A DNA stretch of 64,000 nucleotides. Origin: a bacterium. Lineage in GTDB: Bacteria; UBA8248. This document shows, piece after piece, positions 20,131 to 30,307 of the stretch. Below the pieces are notes generated by a model, which was not told where the DNA came from, made no database searches, and saw nothing but the letters and a program-made list of their open reading frames with translations. Positions within the stretch are counted from its first letter, which is position 1. Every line of letters starts with the position of its first letter. The DNA lies in the NCBI GenBank assembly GCA_965203325.1, contig OZ241875.1, forward strand, positions 32,001-96,000, in the 5' to 3' direction. Made by a program: the position numbers and the translations under genes.

Positions 20131-21075
20131 ATGGCTGCAAGCCCGCTGGCCGGGCCGGATAGGCTGGTTCATATCATTGGGAATCGGGATGAATCTCTCA
20201 AGGCCGTAGAGAGGGCGTTTGACGTAAAAATCAGACTTGCGTCAGAGGGGTTCGTCGTTGAAGGCCCGCCCGATGCCGCCGAGAAGGCCCGACTGTTCCT
20301 GGATGAGTTGACGGAATGCGTGGAGGAAGGATTTCGGTTCGATCCGTTGAACGTCAAGACGCTGGCTCAGGCCGTTGCGGTTGAGCAAGACGTTACGCTT
20401 CGTTCCCTGGTGACGAATCGGATATCGGTTTCATCGAAGAAACGATACGTCGTTCCCAAGGGCCCGGTCCAGAGTGAATACATCAGGGCGATTCGTGAAA
20501 AAGGGGTGACATTCGGAATCGGGCCGGCCGGAACGGGGAAAACCTATCTGGCCATGGCTTTGGCGGTTTCCGGATTACTGGAGAAGGCATACGCTCGTAT
20601 TGTGTTGACGAGGCCGGTTGTGGAGGCAGGCGAGAAGCTCGGGTTTTTACCTGGTGATTTGCAGGAGAAGGTGAACCCATATCTCAGGCCGCTGTTTGAC
20701 GCGCTGAACGATATGGTGGAATTCGAACGGGTGGAGCGTTTCATTCAAAGGGGTGAGATAGAGATAGCGCCGCTCGCATATATGAGGGGCCGTTCGCTGA
20801 ATGATTCTTTCATCATATTGGATGAAGCGCAGAACACGACGCCCGAGCAGATGAAAATGTTCCTCACCCGCCTCGGCACCCGGAGCAAAGCGGTCGTGAC
20901 GGGGGACATTACGCAAATCGATTTGCCCGAAACCTCCGGCTGCGGGCTGATTCACGCTCAAGACGTCTTGGGAGATTTAGAAGAGGTTTCTTTCGTCTAT
21001 TTCAGCGAACGAGATGTGGTTCGCACGCAATTGGTGAGAAAAATCGTTTCTGCATACGAGGCCCACAGTTTATAG
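20131..21075 (+). CDS. phoH: PhoH-like ATPase (YbeZ)
   Basis: GPAGTGKTYLA, RPVVEAGEKLGFLPGD, APLAYMRGRS, DEAQN, GDITQIDLP; start uncertain. Confidence 0.93.
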   Translation: MAASPLAGPDRLVHIIGNRDESLKAVERAFDVKIRLASEGFVVEGPPDAAEKARLFLDELTECVEEGFRFDPLNVKTLAQAVAVEQDVTLRSLVTNRISVSSKKRYVVPKGPVQSEYIRAIREKGVTFGIGPAGTGKTYLAMALAVSGLLEKAYARIVLTRPVVEAGEKLGFLPGDLQEKVNPYLRPLFDALNDMVEFERVERFIQRGEIEIAPLAYMRGRSLNDSFIILDEAQNTTPEQMKMFLTRLGTRSKAVVTGDITQIDLPETSGCGLIHAQDVLGDLEEVSFVYFSERDVVRTQLVRKIVSAYEAHSL

Positions 21076-21174
21076 GCGAGTTCTCCGAAGAGCGCTTGCA
21101 ATGCCGGGGGCGTTCACATATAGCCGATACGTCCACGATCCCTTCATAGCTGAAGGATTCTGGAGGTTGATCGC

Positions 21175-23664
21175 GTGATCCATCGAGCCGGCGTCGGGAA
21201 AACTGCCGGAAAACCCAAAAACATCTTTTTGCGTCTACTGGCGTCGGCGAGACGGTCGCTCGTGGATTGCGCCCTGGCGTTTGCCAACACGAGGGCTTAT
21301 CCATGGATTCTGGGCGGAACGCTCGCCGTTGTGCTCTCGTTTCTGCTCACAACCGATCTTTCGGCGCCACGCGTGTCTTTCGAGGTGGGCGATGTCGTTC
21401 CCAGGGACATTAAAGCTCCGCAAGATATGCGCGTGGTCGATCCCATCGCCACGAATGCGAAGCGCCAGGCAGCCAGAGAAAAAGTCCTGCCTCGTTACGA
21501 TATTGACACCCAACTTTCACAAGTTGTCCTTACCAGGTTGAATGGCGCATTTGAATCCATTCAACGGTCGGTAGACAAAGAACTTGAGAAAGTAAAAGCC
21601 GAGCAATTGAAGAAACGGGCCAAGCAGAAGAGCCGGACTATTTTCTCCGAGTCGGAAGCATATCGGGAAATGTACGCTACTCCCACATTCGTCAAGGCCG
21701 AGAGCGCCTTTCACAAGCTCGTGGGAGATAAGGTTCCGAAGGAATTGGCCGTTTGGTTGAGAAACGAGAGGTTCGCGAACTGGATTCGGGAAGATATCTC
21801 CAAATTGTTGAAGGCGGCGTATGCGCATCAAATCGTGAGTGACAAGCAATTATACGCCACCCATGCGGCGAAAGGGATTACGGCGCGTGACATTAGGACA
21901 GGGAATCGCGTTTCCGTCAGCCGGTCTGTGAATCCCCTGGAGCTAAGGCAGGTAGATACATTACTCAAACAAGAAGCTCGAAAAATACTTCCCCAACAAA
22001 TGCCTCAGAAAGTCGGGGCTTTGCTAATTGCTCAAACCTTGAAAATGATTCGACCGACGCTGACATTCAACAACAGGGCGACACTTGAGAGCAGAGAAAA
22101 GGTTGCAGCCTCCGTCCCCCCTGTTTCCGAGGTGCTCAAGCAAGGGGAGATGATCGTTCGCGAGGGAGAACGTTTGAGCGAAGGACAAATTGTAAAACTC
22201 AAGAGTTTGCAGAAAATCTACCGACAAAGTCATGTGATAGGCAATTTCACCGGCACGGCTTTGGTGGTTTTCATTCTCCTCATTCTGGCATGGGTTTGTG
22301 TGCAGAAATACGATGTGAGTTTTTTGTCATCGCAAAAAAACGTCACACTTTTTGTAATACTGCTTTTGAGCCAAGCCGTTTTGCTGAAATTGGGCATTCT
22401 CTTTAGCGAAGTGTTGCATGAAACTTTCCGGGGGATCCCACTCCACTCGTTTTACTATATCATTCCATTTTGCTCCGCTTCTCTTCTTGCCGCCGTTTTG
22501 CTGGGACGCTCATCGGCGGTATTGATGGCAGTTTTCTCCGCCGTTCTGACCGGACTGATTTTGCCGAATCACATCAATTTCAGCCTCGTCGCCCTCGGCG
22601 GCGGCGTGCTGGCGGCCATCCGATGGAAAGAATATCGGCGCAGGACTTCCGTGCTCATCGTGGCGTTCATCCTGGGTTTGTTGGGCGCTGCGCTCGCCCT
22701 GGGTTTCAATATGCAAGAGGGTTTCAGCGCCGCAATCACGCAGTGGACGGATATTCCCATCGCCTTGCTCGGCGGCCTTTCGAACGTCATCATCGTCGCG
22801 GGGGCCATGCCCCTGCTCGAGTCGATTTTCAAACTCACGACCGATATGCGTCTTCTGGAGTTGGCCGACCAGAATCACCCGCTATTGAGAAAGATGGTCG
22901 TCAGCGCGCCGGGCACCTATCACCACAGCCTTCTTGTAGGCAACCTGGCGGAGGAGGCGTCCGAGGCGATCGGCGCGAACCCGCTTCTGACCCGTGTAGG
23001 TGCGTATTTCCACGATATCGGCAAGATGATGAAACCGGAATATTTCATCGAAAACCAGGGGCGGGAAAACCGTCACGATAGACTGAAGCCCAACATGAGT
23101 GCGCTCATCCTGGTCAGCCATGTAAAAGAGGGAGTGGAACTCGCCAAAAGCCATCAACTGCCCAAAGAGATTATCGATTTGATTCAGCAACATCATGGCA
23201 CATCCTTGATTCGGTTCTTTTACGAGAAAGCGAAGAAGGAAAATGGGGATAGCGTGACAGAAGAGTTTTTCCGCTACCCGGGGCCAAGACCTCAGACGAG
23301 AGAGGCGGGCATCCTGATGCTGGCTGATATGGTGGAGGCATCGTCGCACTCGCTTTCGGATCATTCTCATGGGCGCCTCACCGCTTTGGTAGATAGAATT
23401 GTCCAGAGTGCTTTTGCAGAGGGGCAATTGGACAATTGCAGCCTCACGCTCAGGGATTTGAGCAACATTCAAAACGCCTTCATGCGTGTTTTGGTTGGTA
23501 TTCATCATCACCGGATTCATTATCCAGGGCAGGAAGACGCTCCTAAGAAAGGAGCTGCGAATGGAAGTCCTCATCAAAAACCAGCAAAAGCTGTTCGCGC
23601 TGGATCACAAAGCGCTGAAGCAACGTTTGGAAGTCATACGGAAAGCTCTCCGGTCCGGAGATGA
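21175..23664 (+). CDS. 7TM-HD membrane phosphohydrolase (PgpH-like, putative cyclic-di-AMP phosphodiesterase)
   Basis: N-terminal TM, large extracytoplasmic domain, several TMs, then APGTYHHS, YFHDIGK, YFIENQ, QHHGT, FRYPGPRPQ, MLADMVEA. Confidence 0.88.
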   Translation: MIHRAGVGKTAGKPKNIFLRLLASARRSLVDCALAFANTRAYPWILGGTLAVVLSFLLTTDLSAPRVSFEVGDVVPRDIKAPQDMRVVDPIATNAKRQAAREKVLPRYDIDTQLSQVVLTRLNGAFESIQRSVDKELEKVKAEQLKKRAKQKSRTIFSESEAYREMYATPTFVKAESAFHKLVGDKVPKELAVWLRNERFANWIREDISKLLKAAYAHQIVSDKQLYATHAAKGITARDIRTGNRVSVSRSVNPLELRQVDTLLKQEARKILPQQMPQKVGALLIAQTLKMIRPTLTFNNRATLESREKVAASVPPVSEVLKQGEMIVREGERLSEGQIVKLKSLQKIYRQSHVIGNFTGTALVVFILLILAWVCVQKYDVSFLSSQKNVTLFVILLLSQAVLLKLGILFSEVLHETFRGIPLHSFYYIIPFCSASLLAAVLLGRSSAVLMAVFSAVLTGLILPNHINFSLVALGGGVLAAIRWKEYRRRTSVLIVAFILGLLGAALALGFNMQEGFSAAITQWTDIPIALLGGLSNVIIVAGAMPLLESIFKLTTDMRLLELADQNHPLLRKMVVSAPGTYHHSLLVGNLAEEASEAIGANPLLTRVGAYFHDIGKMMKPEYFIENQGRENRHDRLKPNMSALILVSHVKEGVELAKSHQLPKEIIDLIQQHHGTSLIRFFYEKAKKENGDSVTEEFFRYPGPRPQTREAGILMLADMVEASSHSLSDHSHGRLTALVDRIVQSAFAEGQLDNCSLTLRDLSNIQNAFMRVLVGIHHHRIHYPGQEDAPKKGAANGSPHQKPAKAVRAGSQSAEATFGSHTESSPVRR

Positions 23665-24043
23665 CGGGTTCAGCGTCGTATTCATTCGAGACGAGGAGAT
23701 GCGGGCGTTAAATTCTCGATATCGGCGGGAAGATGAAACAACGGATGTCTTGGCTTTCCCGCCGGCTGATTTCTTTCCGTTCGTGGGTGAACAAAAAGGG
23801 GAAGAGACATTTTTAGGAGAAGTGGTCATCTGCGTGGATGAGGTGCTTCGCCAGGCGGAGGCCGAGGCGGTGGATTACGGAGTCTTGGCGGAGCGTCTGC
23901 TCGTACATGGCTTTCTGCACCTCAAGGGGTATGACCATTACACGGAGTCTGAATCTGCGCGCATGGGTGAGGAAGAAAAAAGAGTAGCCTTTCTGCTTGA
24001 CGGAGGATGGCTCTATCGGCAAAAGCGAGAAAATGGCGAATAG
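23561..24043 (+). CDS. ybeY: rRNA maturation endoribonuclease YbeY
   Basis: LNSRYR, TDVLAFP, HGFLHLKGYDH; AAGGAG SD before ATG 23561. Confidence 0.92.
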   Translation: MEVLIKNQQKLFALDHKALKQRLEVIRKALRSGDDGFSVVFIRDEEMRALNSRYRREDETTDVLAFPPADFFPFVGEQKGEETFLGEVVICVDEVLRQAEAEAVDYGVLAERLLVHGFLHLKGYDHYTESESARMGEEEKRVAFLLDGGWLYRQKRENGE

Positions 24044-24223
24044 ATAACTGGGGGTGCATAGCACAGGAATTTTGCGTCAATCGCACATTGTTTCTCGTTG
24101 GAGAGAACTTAATCTCTTGCCCGTTCTCGTTGGGGTGAGGGTGATTTCCGGGAATTCAGAAACGGCCTGCAATCGAATCCGCCCCGATTTTGAAATCTGA
24201 AACCTGATGGACTTGGTAGTGAT

Positions 24224-24622
24224 ATGGGTAGCCTTCGACTCATCATCGGCTTGATTTTGGCATTGGCGATATCGAGCTTCGGCGTCATCAACATGAAGCC
24301 GGTGACCGTTGCCTATTATCAGGGCAGCGTCAACTTGCCTCTTTTTTATGTTCTGTTGGCCGTGTTTGTATGCGGGTTCATGGTGGCATGGTTTGGCGGG
24401 GCATTGGACAGATTGAAGTTCAGGAGTCAGATAGGAAAATTAAAGCGGGAAGTCAAGACGCTGGAGAATAATCTGGATGAGGCGCGGGAGCAAAGCGGCA
24501 AGCTTCTTACGATGGGAAATACGCAAATCGATGAATCCGTCACCGCACGTGATGAGCCCACGTCAAAAACGGATTCGAAGTCTCAGATCAGCCTGTCCCC
24601 CCGCGAATCGAAGGCGGAATAG
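24224..24622 (+). CDS. LapA (DUF1049)-family membrane protein
   Basis: Two TM helices separated by N..PVTV, LPL..VLL, then coiled coil. Confidence 0.65.
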   Translation: MGSLRLIIGLILALAISSFGVINMKPVTVAYYQGSVNLPLFYVLLAVFVCGFMVAWFGGALDRLKFRSQIGKLKREVKTLENNLDEAREQSGKLLTMGNTQIDESVTARDEPTSKTDSKSQISLSPRESKAE

Positions 24623-24624
24623 GC

Positions 24625-27309
24625 ATGTCCCCTCCTAAAGGCACCCTGCAAGCCAGGAAAGAAAAAAATACATCCGGCAAAAGTAACCCTGGCCCTTCTC
24701 CTGCGATGCGCCAATATCTGGAAATGAAAAGACGCTACCCGGACGCGATACTGTTTTTCCAGTTGGGTGATTTTTTCGAAATGTTCTATGAAGACGCGAA
24801 ACTCGGGGCGAAAGTGTTGGAACTCGCGTTAACATCGCGCCAGAGTGATGACAAGGGACCTATCCCGATGTGTGGTGTGCCTTGTCATTCGGCCTCCTCC
24901 TATTGTGGGCGATTGCTGGAAGCGGGCTACAAAGTCGCCATATGTGAGCAGGTGGAAGACGCAAGAGAAAGTAAGGGAGTTGTAAAACGTGAGGTAACTC
25001 GAGTCCTGACCCCAGGCACTTCGATTGCCGACCTCGAGTTGCTTGATAGCAAGGAATCTCAATACTTGGCGGGGATCACCGTATCGGCCAGAGAAGGAGA
25101 GACGCTTTGGGGAATGGCATGGCTCGATAGTTCGACCGGTGAGTTTTGTGCAACGCAGGTGGAAGGCGATGCTGCCGAGACGCTGATTTATAATCAATTG
25201 GAGAGGCTCTCTCCTCGCGAACTTATTTTCCCGGATGCATTTTCCCCTCCAGATGGGTTGAAAAACAAAATTGATGAGCTAAGCATTCATGTTGAAAAAA
25301 GACCGGACGCCACTTTTTGTGAGTCACTTGATGCCAAAAGCCTGGGTCCCGCATTTGCGGATGAAGCGAATGTTCTGGCGTATCCGGTAGCAGCAGATTC
25401 CGCCGTAGGTGTTTTAACGTATCTCAAAGAAAACCAGCCTGGAGATTTTCCCCATCTCAAGCCTGTCTTTTTCTCTAGACTCTCAGACTCCATGATTCTC
25501 GATACAGCCACGTTGCGAAATTTGGAAATTACCCGTTCGGCAGTGGATCGGGGGAAACGGGGCACTCTGTTCGGTTTGCTGGATGAAACGTCAACGGGTA
25601 TGGGGGGACGGCTGCTGAAAAAATGGGTGCTTTCACCATTGATTCAAAAAAAAGCCATCGAATATCGCGCCGAATCAGTAGAAGAACTCGTGAACAATTC
25701 CGAAATCCTGAATAGACTCAAAAAAACCCTTGAACCTATTCAAGATATCGAGCGGCTTCTCGGACGCGTGGGTTCTCAGACTGCGAATGCCCGAGATATA
25801 GCTGGCCTGGGCGGATCTTTGGCCATATTGCCGGAAGTTTATGAGGCGCTCGAAGGGATGGCTTCTGAATTGTTTTGTTCCGTCCGGTCGGGCTGGGATT
25901 CACTCGAGGACGTAGCGTTGGAACTGAAGAACGCGATTGTAGATGACCCGCCCGTTTCCATTCGAGAAGGTGGAATATTTCGAACTGATTACGACCCGGA
26001 ACTTGCCCGCCTGAGAAAGGCGCAGCAGGAGGGTGATTCGTGGCTCAAGAATTACGAAAGCGGGGAAAAAGAACGAACGGGGCTGCCTCTGAAAATCGGG
26101 TTCAACCGCGTTTTTGGATATTATCTGGAGATTCCCAAACGCTTCAGTGAGCAGGCGCCGATGGAATATACGCGCAAGCAGACCCTCGTTTCTGCCGAGC
26201 GATACATCACTTCCGAGTTGAAAAAGATGGAAGAAGACCTACTCGGCGCGGAGGAAAAAGCCCATCACCTCGAGTTCATGCTTTTCGGGCGCTTAAGAAC
26301 GCAAATATCTCAACACGCCAAGCGAATACTTGCCGCCGCCGAGAGGATAGCGATTCTGGATGCCGTTTTGTCCATGGCACTCGTTGCGCGCAAATTCGGA
26401 TATGTCAGACCCCGAATTATGGATTCTACCGATCTGGAAATCATGGAGGGGAGGCATCCCGTCATAGAGGCGGAGAATCCTGGTCTCTCTTTCGTGCCGA
26501 ACGATTTGTCGATCCGTGACGACCGCCGAATACTCATTATCACAGGGCCGAATATGGCCGGTAAATCCACTTACCTGCGCCAAACGGCACTCATCATTCT
26601 AATGGCGCAGATTGGCAGTTTCGTACCAGCCAAGAGCGCGAAAATCGGTTTGGTTGACAGGGTGTTCACTCGCGTTGGTGCGCATGACCGACTTTTGGAG
26701 GGGCAAAGCACCTTCATGGTGGAGATGGTGGAAACGGCCACCATATTAAGAGAGTCGACCCGGAAGAGTTTCATCGTCCTGGACGAGGTCGGGCGAGGTA
26801 CGAGCACCTATGATGGCGTCAGCATTGCATGGTCAATTGTTGAGTATCTTCATAACAAGGTCCAGCACAGGGCGAGGACTTTGTTTGCGACCCATTATCA
26901 TGAGTTGGCCGAACTCTCAAAAGAGCTCGCTTGCGTGAAAAACTTGACGGTCGAGGTCCGGGAGTGGGGCGATGAAATCGTTTTCTTGCGAAAAGTAACC
27001 GATGGCAGTTGCGATAGAAGCTACGGCATTCAGGTAGGCAGGCTGGCGGGACTTCCGGAAGAGGTTATCGACCGAGCCAAGACGTTGCTCTCCAGATTTG
27101 AGAGTACGGAGACGACCTCTCGTTCCAGCGACGAAAAATCCAATCTGGAAAATCGCTGGGACAATGGGCAATTGCCTTTGTTTTCAGGAACAGAATCGAA
27201 AATTGAAAATTTGTTGAAAAGCATCGATCCGGATTCCATGACACCTCGCCAAGCTCTCGAAACCCTGTATGAACTCAGGGAAATCATGGCAAACGTTGAG
27301 CAGCGATAA
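24625..27309 (+). CDS. mutS: DNA mismatch repair protein MutS
   Basis: GDFFEMFYEDA, PMCGVP, ITGPNMAGKSTYLRQ, STFMVEM, DEVGRGTST, ATHYHEL, SYGIQV. Confidence 0.97.
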   Translation: MSPPKGTLQARKEKNTSGKSNPGPSPAMRQYLEMKRRYPDAILFFQLGDFFEMFYEDAKLGAKVLELALTSRQSDDKGPIPMCGVPCHSASSYCGRLLEAGYKVAICEQVEDARESKGVVKREVTRVLTPGTSIADLELLDSKESQYLAGITVSAREGETLWGMAWLDSSTGEFCATQVEGDAAETLIYNQLERLSPRELIFPDAFSPPDGLKNKIDELSIHVEKRPDATFCESLDAKSLGPAFADEANVLAYPVAADSAVGVLTYLKENQPGDFPHLKPVFFSRLSDSMILDTATLRNLEITRSAVDRGKRGTLFGLLDETSTGMGGRLLKKWVLSPLIQKKAIEYRAESVEELVNNSEILNRLKKTLEPIQDIERLLGRVGSQTANARDIAGLGGSLAILPEVYEALEGMASELFCSVRSGWDSLEDVALELKNAIVDDPPVSIREGGIFRTDYDPELARLRKAQQEGDSWLKNYESGEKERTGLPLKIGFNRVFGYYLEIPKRFSEQAPMEYTRKQTLVSAERYITSELKKMEEDLLGAEEKAHHLEFMLFGRLRTQISQHAKRILAAAERIAILDAVLSMALVARKFGYVRPRIMDSTDLEIMEGRHPVIEAENPGLSFVPNDLSIRDDRRILIITGPNMAGKSTYLRQTALIILMAQIGSFVPAKSAKIGLVDRVFTRVGAHDRLLEGQSTFMVEMVETATILRESTRKSFIVLDEVGRGTSTYDGVSIAWSIVEYLHNKVQHRARTLFATHYHELAELSKELACVKNLTVEVREWGDEIVFLRKVTDGSCDRSYGIQVGRLAGLPEEVIDRAKTLLSRFESTETTSRSSDEKSNLENRWDNGQLPLFSGTESKIENLLKSIDPDSMTPRQALETLYELREIMANVEQR

Positions 27310-27436
27310 CAGCAGGGCCAGGTCGCAGCGCATAATCCGGAAGTGCTTCACGGACATGAAGCCAGGGAAGTCAAACAAGGTATTGAGAGCTTTTTTCATA
27401 TGCGATAGCATTGAATTTCAAGGCCAAGGGGAGCAT

Positions 27437-28042
27437 ATGTTATCTAACGCCCGGAAAACATTTGTTCTTAGGAAACTTGCCATAGCCATCTGTATGATTT
27501 TCGCTTTGGCGGGACCGGCGATTTCCGCAACAGATAGCCAAGATGGAATTCGGATAAAAGATATTATTGTTATCAAGAAGAATGGGCGGTTGCTTGTTTT
27601 TGGTTCTCTTTTGGGTGCATTTTCGCCGAAATTGTTGGAAGCTATTCATAGCGGTGTAACGACGAAGTTCATCTTTGACGTAAGTCTCTTGCGCACTCGC
27701 AAGCTGATTTATGATTTGGAAGTCACCTCGCGGCAATTACATCACCAAGTGAAATATAGCGCCTTGAAAAAAACATACACTTTTCATCTCAAAGAAGGGG
27801 AAAAAGAGATCGAGAGAAAAGTGACGAAAAGCCAAGGCGAAATGACGGACTGGATGCGCGAGCTGAATGGCGCGCCCATTGTCCCTGGCAAGGTCTTGCC
27901 CCCAAATAGTCGATACTATGTCAAAATCAGAGCGCGGATGAATCATGTTGATTTTGTTTTTCCCTTTAATTACTTGCTTGCTTTTTGGGGGAAGCAGTCT
28001 GATTGGAGCTATTCCCAGACATTTAGTTCTGAAGGAATGTGA
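27437..28042 (+). CDS. Exported DUF4390-like protein
   Basis: Signal peptide; EAIHSGV..F.F.V.L pattern; position upstream of ntrY; GGAG SD. Confidence 0.65.
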   Translation: MLSNARKTFVLRKLAIAICMIFALAGPAISATDSQDGIRIKDIIVIKKNGRLLVFGSLLGAFSPKLLEAIHSGVTTKFIFDVSLLRTRKLIYDLEVTSRQLHHQVKYSALKKTYTFHLKEGEKEIERKVTKSQGEMTDWMRELNGAPIVPGKVLPPNSRYYVKIRARMNHVDFVFPFNYLLAFWGKQSDWSYSQTFSSEGM

Positions 28043-28045
28043 ATT

Positions 28046-30307
28046 GTGCATCCAACGCGACTGAATCAGGAGATCTCTTCGCGCCGACGAAGAACACTTC
28101 TGCGATCCTTCATCGCTTTGATCATCATTGCGACTCTTTCGTTTACGGCTTGGATTTACTTCAAAGAGCTTGAGCCGGAAGTCCCACTGTTAAACAATGT
28201 TGTCGTATTTGCGCTAGTGAATCTGAGCATCATTCTGCTCATGGTGGTTATTCTCCTGGTAGCAAAGCACTTGGTGCGTCTTTACTACGAGGGGAGAACG
28301 GGTGCCGGTCGTTCACGCTTGCAATTAAAACTCGTATTGGCGTTTGTCGGATTTACGCTCATCCCTGTAGTGGCTCTTTTCGTGGTGGCCAGCGGTTTGA
28401 TTAACCAAAGTTTTAATGCTTTGTTCAACATGAACGTGGAGAGAGCGCTCAAAGGCTCTTTCGAGGTGGCTCAAACGTATTATCGCGAGGTGGAGCGAAA
28501 CACGCTGTTCAGCGCGAGTCGCCTTGCGCTGACGTTGGAGAAGACACGACCTGATATAATAACGAACTCCAAGGCGGCTGAAAAAACATTGGAGGCCGAG
28601 AGAAAGAACTTGGGGGTGGATTTCATCCAACTCTACGATAGGGAGCGGAAGGAGATCGTATCGGTCAGGCGCCCGGGGTTGGCGCAAGCCACAACGTTTT
28701 CGCCACTGGTGGGATACGTAGATCAAGTGATTGATGGGGAGTCGCGCTCAAGTATAGAGAATTGGGAAAAAGGAGATGTCATCTATGGCGTGGCGCCTTT
28801 GAAGAGTCAAAAAAAAGTGGTGGGGTTTATCGTCGTATCCAAATACGTGCCTGATCGACTTGTGGCGAAGATCAGAGGCATATCGGACTCCTTTGTGAAC
28901 TATAAAGAGTTGGAACTGTCCAAGAATCCAATCAAAGCAAACTACATCATTACTTTCTTGGTGGTTACTTTGCTCATTCTCTTTGCGGCCATCTGGTTCG
29001 GCTTCTACCTCGCTCGAGGGATTACGGTTCCCATTGAGAAATTGGCGGAAGCTACAAGGGCGGTGTCGGATGGCGACCTCGAACATCGCGTGGATGCGCA
29101 GGCAGATGGCGAAGTGGGGATTTTGGTCAACGCATTTAACAGCATGACGGAGGAATTGTTGGCCAACAAGGAAAAAATCGAAGAATCTTCTGAAATCTTG
29201 AGCCGTTCCAACCTGGAAATCGACAGAAGACGCAGGTATATGGAAGCGATGCTCGAAAATATCGGAGCGGGTGTAATATCAATCAATCGCCGAGGGCGCG
29301 TTACTATCCTCAACAAAGCAGCCGGGGAGTTGCTGAGGATTGAACCGCAGAATGCCGTAGGGCAAATGTTCAGCGAGGTTTTCGAAAGCACACATCTTGA
29401 GCCTGTTCGTCAGTTGATGCGCTCTATGCGAGCCCGAGAACACCAAAGCGCTTCGGAGCAAGTGGAGGTCATGATTGATGGCCGTGTGCTGACACTACGC
29501 GCGAGCTTGACTCTGCTGAAGAGCGCAGATGGCGGCAGACTTGGTGCCGTCATTGTGTTTGATGATATGACGGCTTTGATACGGGCTCAAAAAGTGGCCG
29601 CATGGCAGGAAGTGGCCCGTGGCATCGCGCACGAGATCAAAAATCCACTTACGCCGATTCAACTTTCTGCTCAGAGAATGAGACGAAAATTTGATAATGA
29701 GGCCTATGATTTTACCGAAGTATTTGAATCTTGCACGGATACTATTATCAATCAGGTAACAAGCCTGATTGATATGGTGGATGAATTCAGCCGATTCGCT
29801 CGCATGCCGGAGCCGAGATTGAGGCTCTGCGGGTTTGTCCCCCTCATTGAGGATGTTGCAAATTTATATCGTGGCAGGAAGGGGGATGTGAAATTTTCGA
29901 TTCATATCGATGTTGGGAATGCTGCTGTCATGGCGGATCCCGAGCAGTTGCAGCGCGTGTTTATCAATTTATTGGAAAATGCCTTTGAATCCCACGATGT
30001 CGAGGGCGAGATTGATTTGCAAGCGTGGAGTGATAAAGACAGAAATATGATAGTTGTTGAAGTTGCCGACCAGGGGCAAGGTATATCGGAAGATGTGAAA
30101 GGCCATATATTCTCGCCTTACTTTTCGACAAAGGATAGAGGCACCGGGTTGGGCTTGGCTATATGTCACCGCATTGTGGCGGATCACAATGGAACAATAG
30201 GCGTGCGAGATAACCATCCGTCTGGTTCCATTTTTCGCGTAACGTTGCCACTGGCGCCTGCTGTGGACATCACGCCCGAAAAGCAAAGGACGGCTTCCAT
30301 TGGATAA
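28046..30307 (+). CDS. ntrY: NtrY-like PAS/HAMP sensor histidine kinase
   Basis: 4 TMs, HAMP, PAS, AWQEVARGIAHEIKNPLTPIQLSAQR (H-box), NLLENA, DQGQG, GTGLGL. Confidence 0.9.
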   Translation: MHPTRLNQEISSRRRRTLLRSFIALIIIATLSFTAWIYFKELEPEVPLLNNVVVFALVNLSIILLMVVILLVAKHLVRLYYEGRTGAGRSRLQLKLVLAFVGFTLIPVVALFVVASGLINQSFNALFNMNVERALKGSFEVAQTYYREVERNTLFSASRLALTLEKTRPDIITNSKAAEKTLEAERKNLGVDFIQLYDRERKEIVSVRRPGLAQATTFSPLVGYVDQVIDGESRSSIENWEKGDVIYGVAPLKSQKKVVGFIVVSKYVPDRLVAKIRGISDSFVNYKELELSKNPIKANYIITFLVVTLLILFAAIWFGFYLARGITVPIEKLAEATRAVSDGDLEHRVDAQADGEVGILVNAFNSMTEELLANKEKIEESSEILSRSNLEIDRRRRYMEAMLENIGAGVISINRRGRVTILNKAAGELLRIEPQNAVGQMFSEVFESTHLEPVRQLMRSMRAREHQSASEQVEVMIDGRVLTLRASLTLLKSADGGRLGAVIVFDDMTALIRAQKVAAWQEVARGIAHEIKNPLTPIQLSAQRMRRKFDNEAYDFTEVFESCTDTIINQVTSLIDMVDEFSRFARMPEPRLRLCGFVPLIEDVANLYRGRKGDVKFSIHIDVGNAAVMADPEQLQRVFINLLENAFESHDVEGEIDLQAWSDKDRNMIVVEVADQGQGISEDVKGHIFSPYFSTKDRGTGLGLAICHRIVADHNGTIGVRDNHPSGSIFRVTLPLAPAVDITPEKQRTASIG

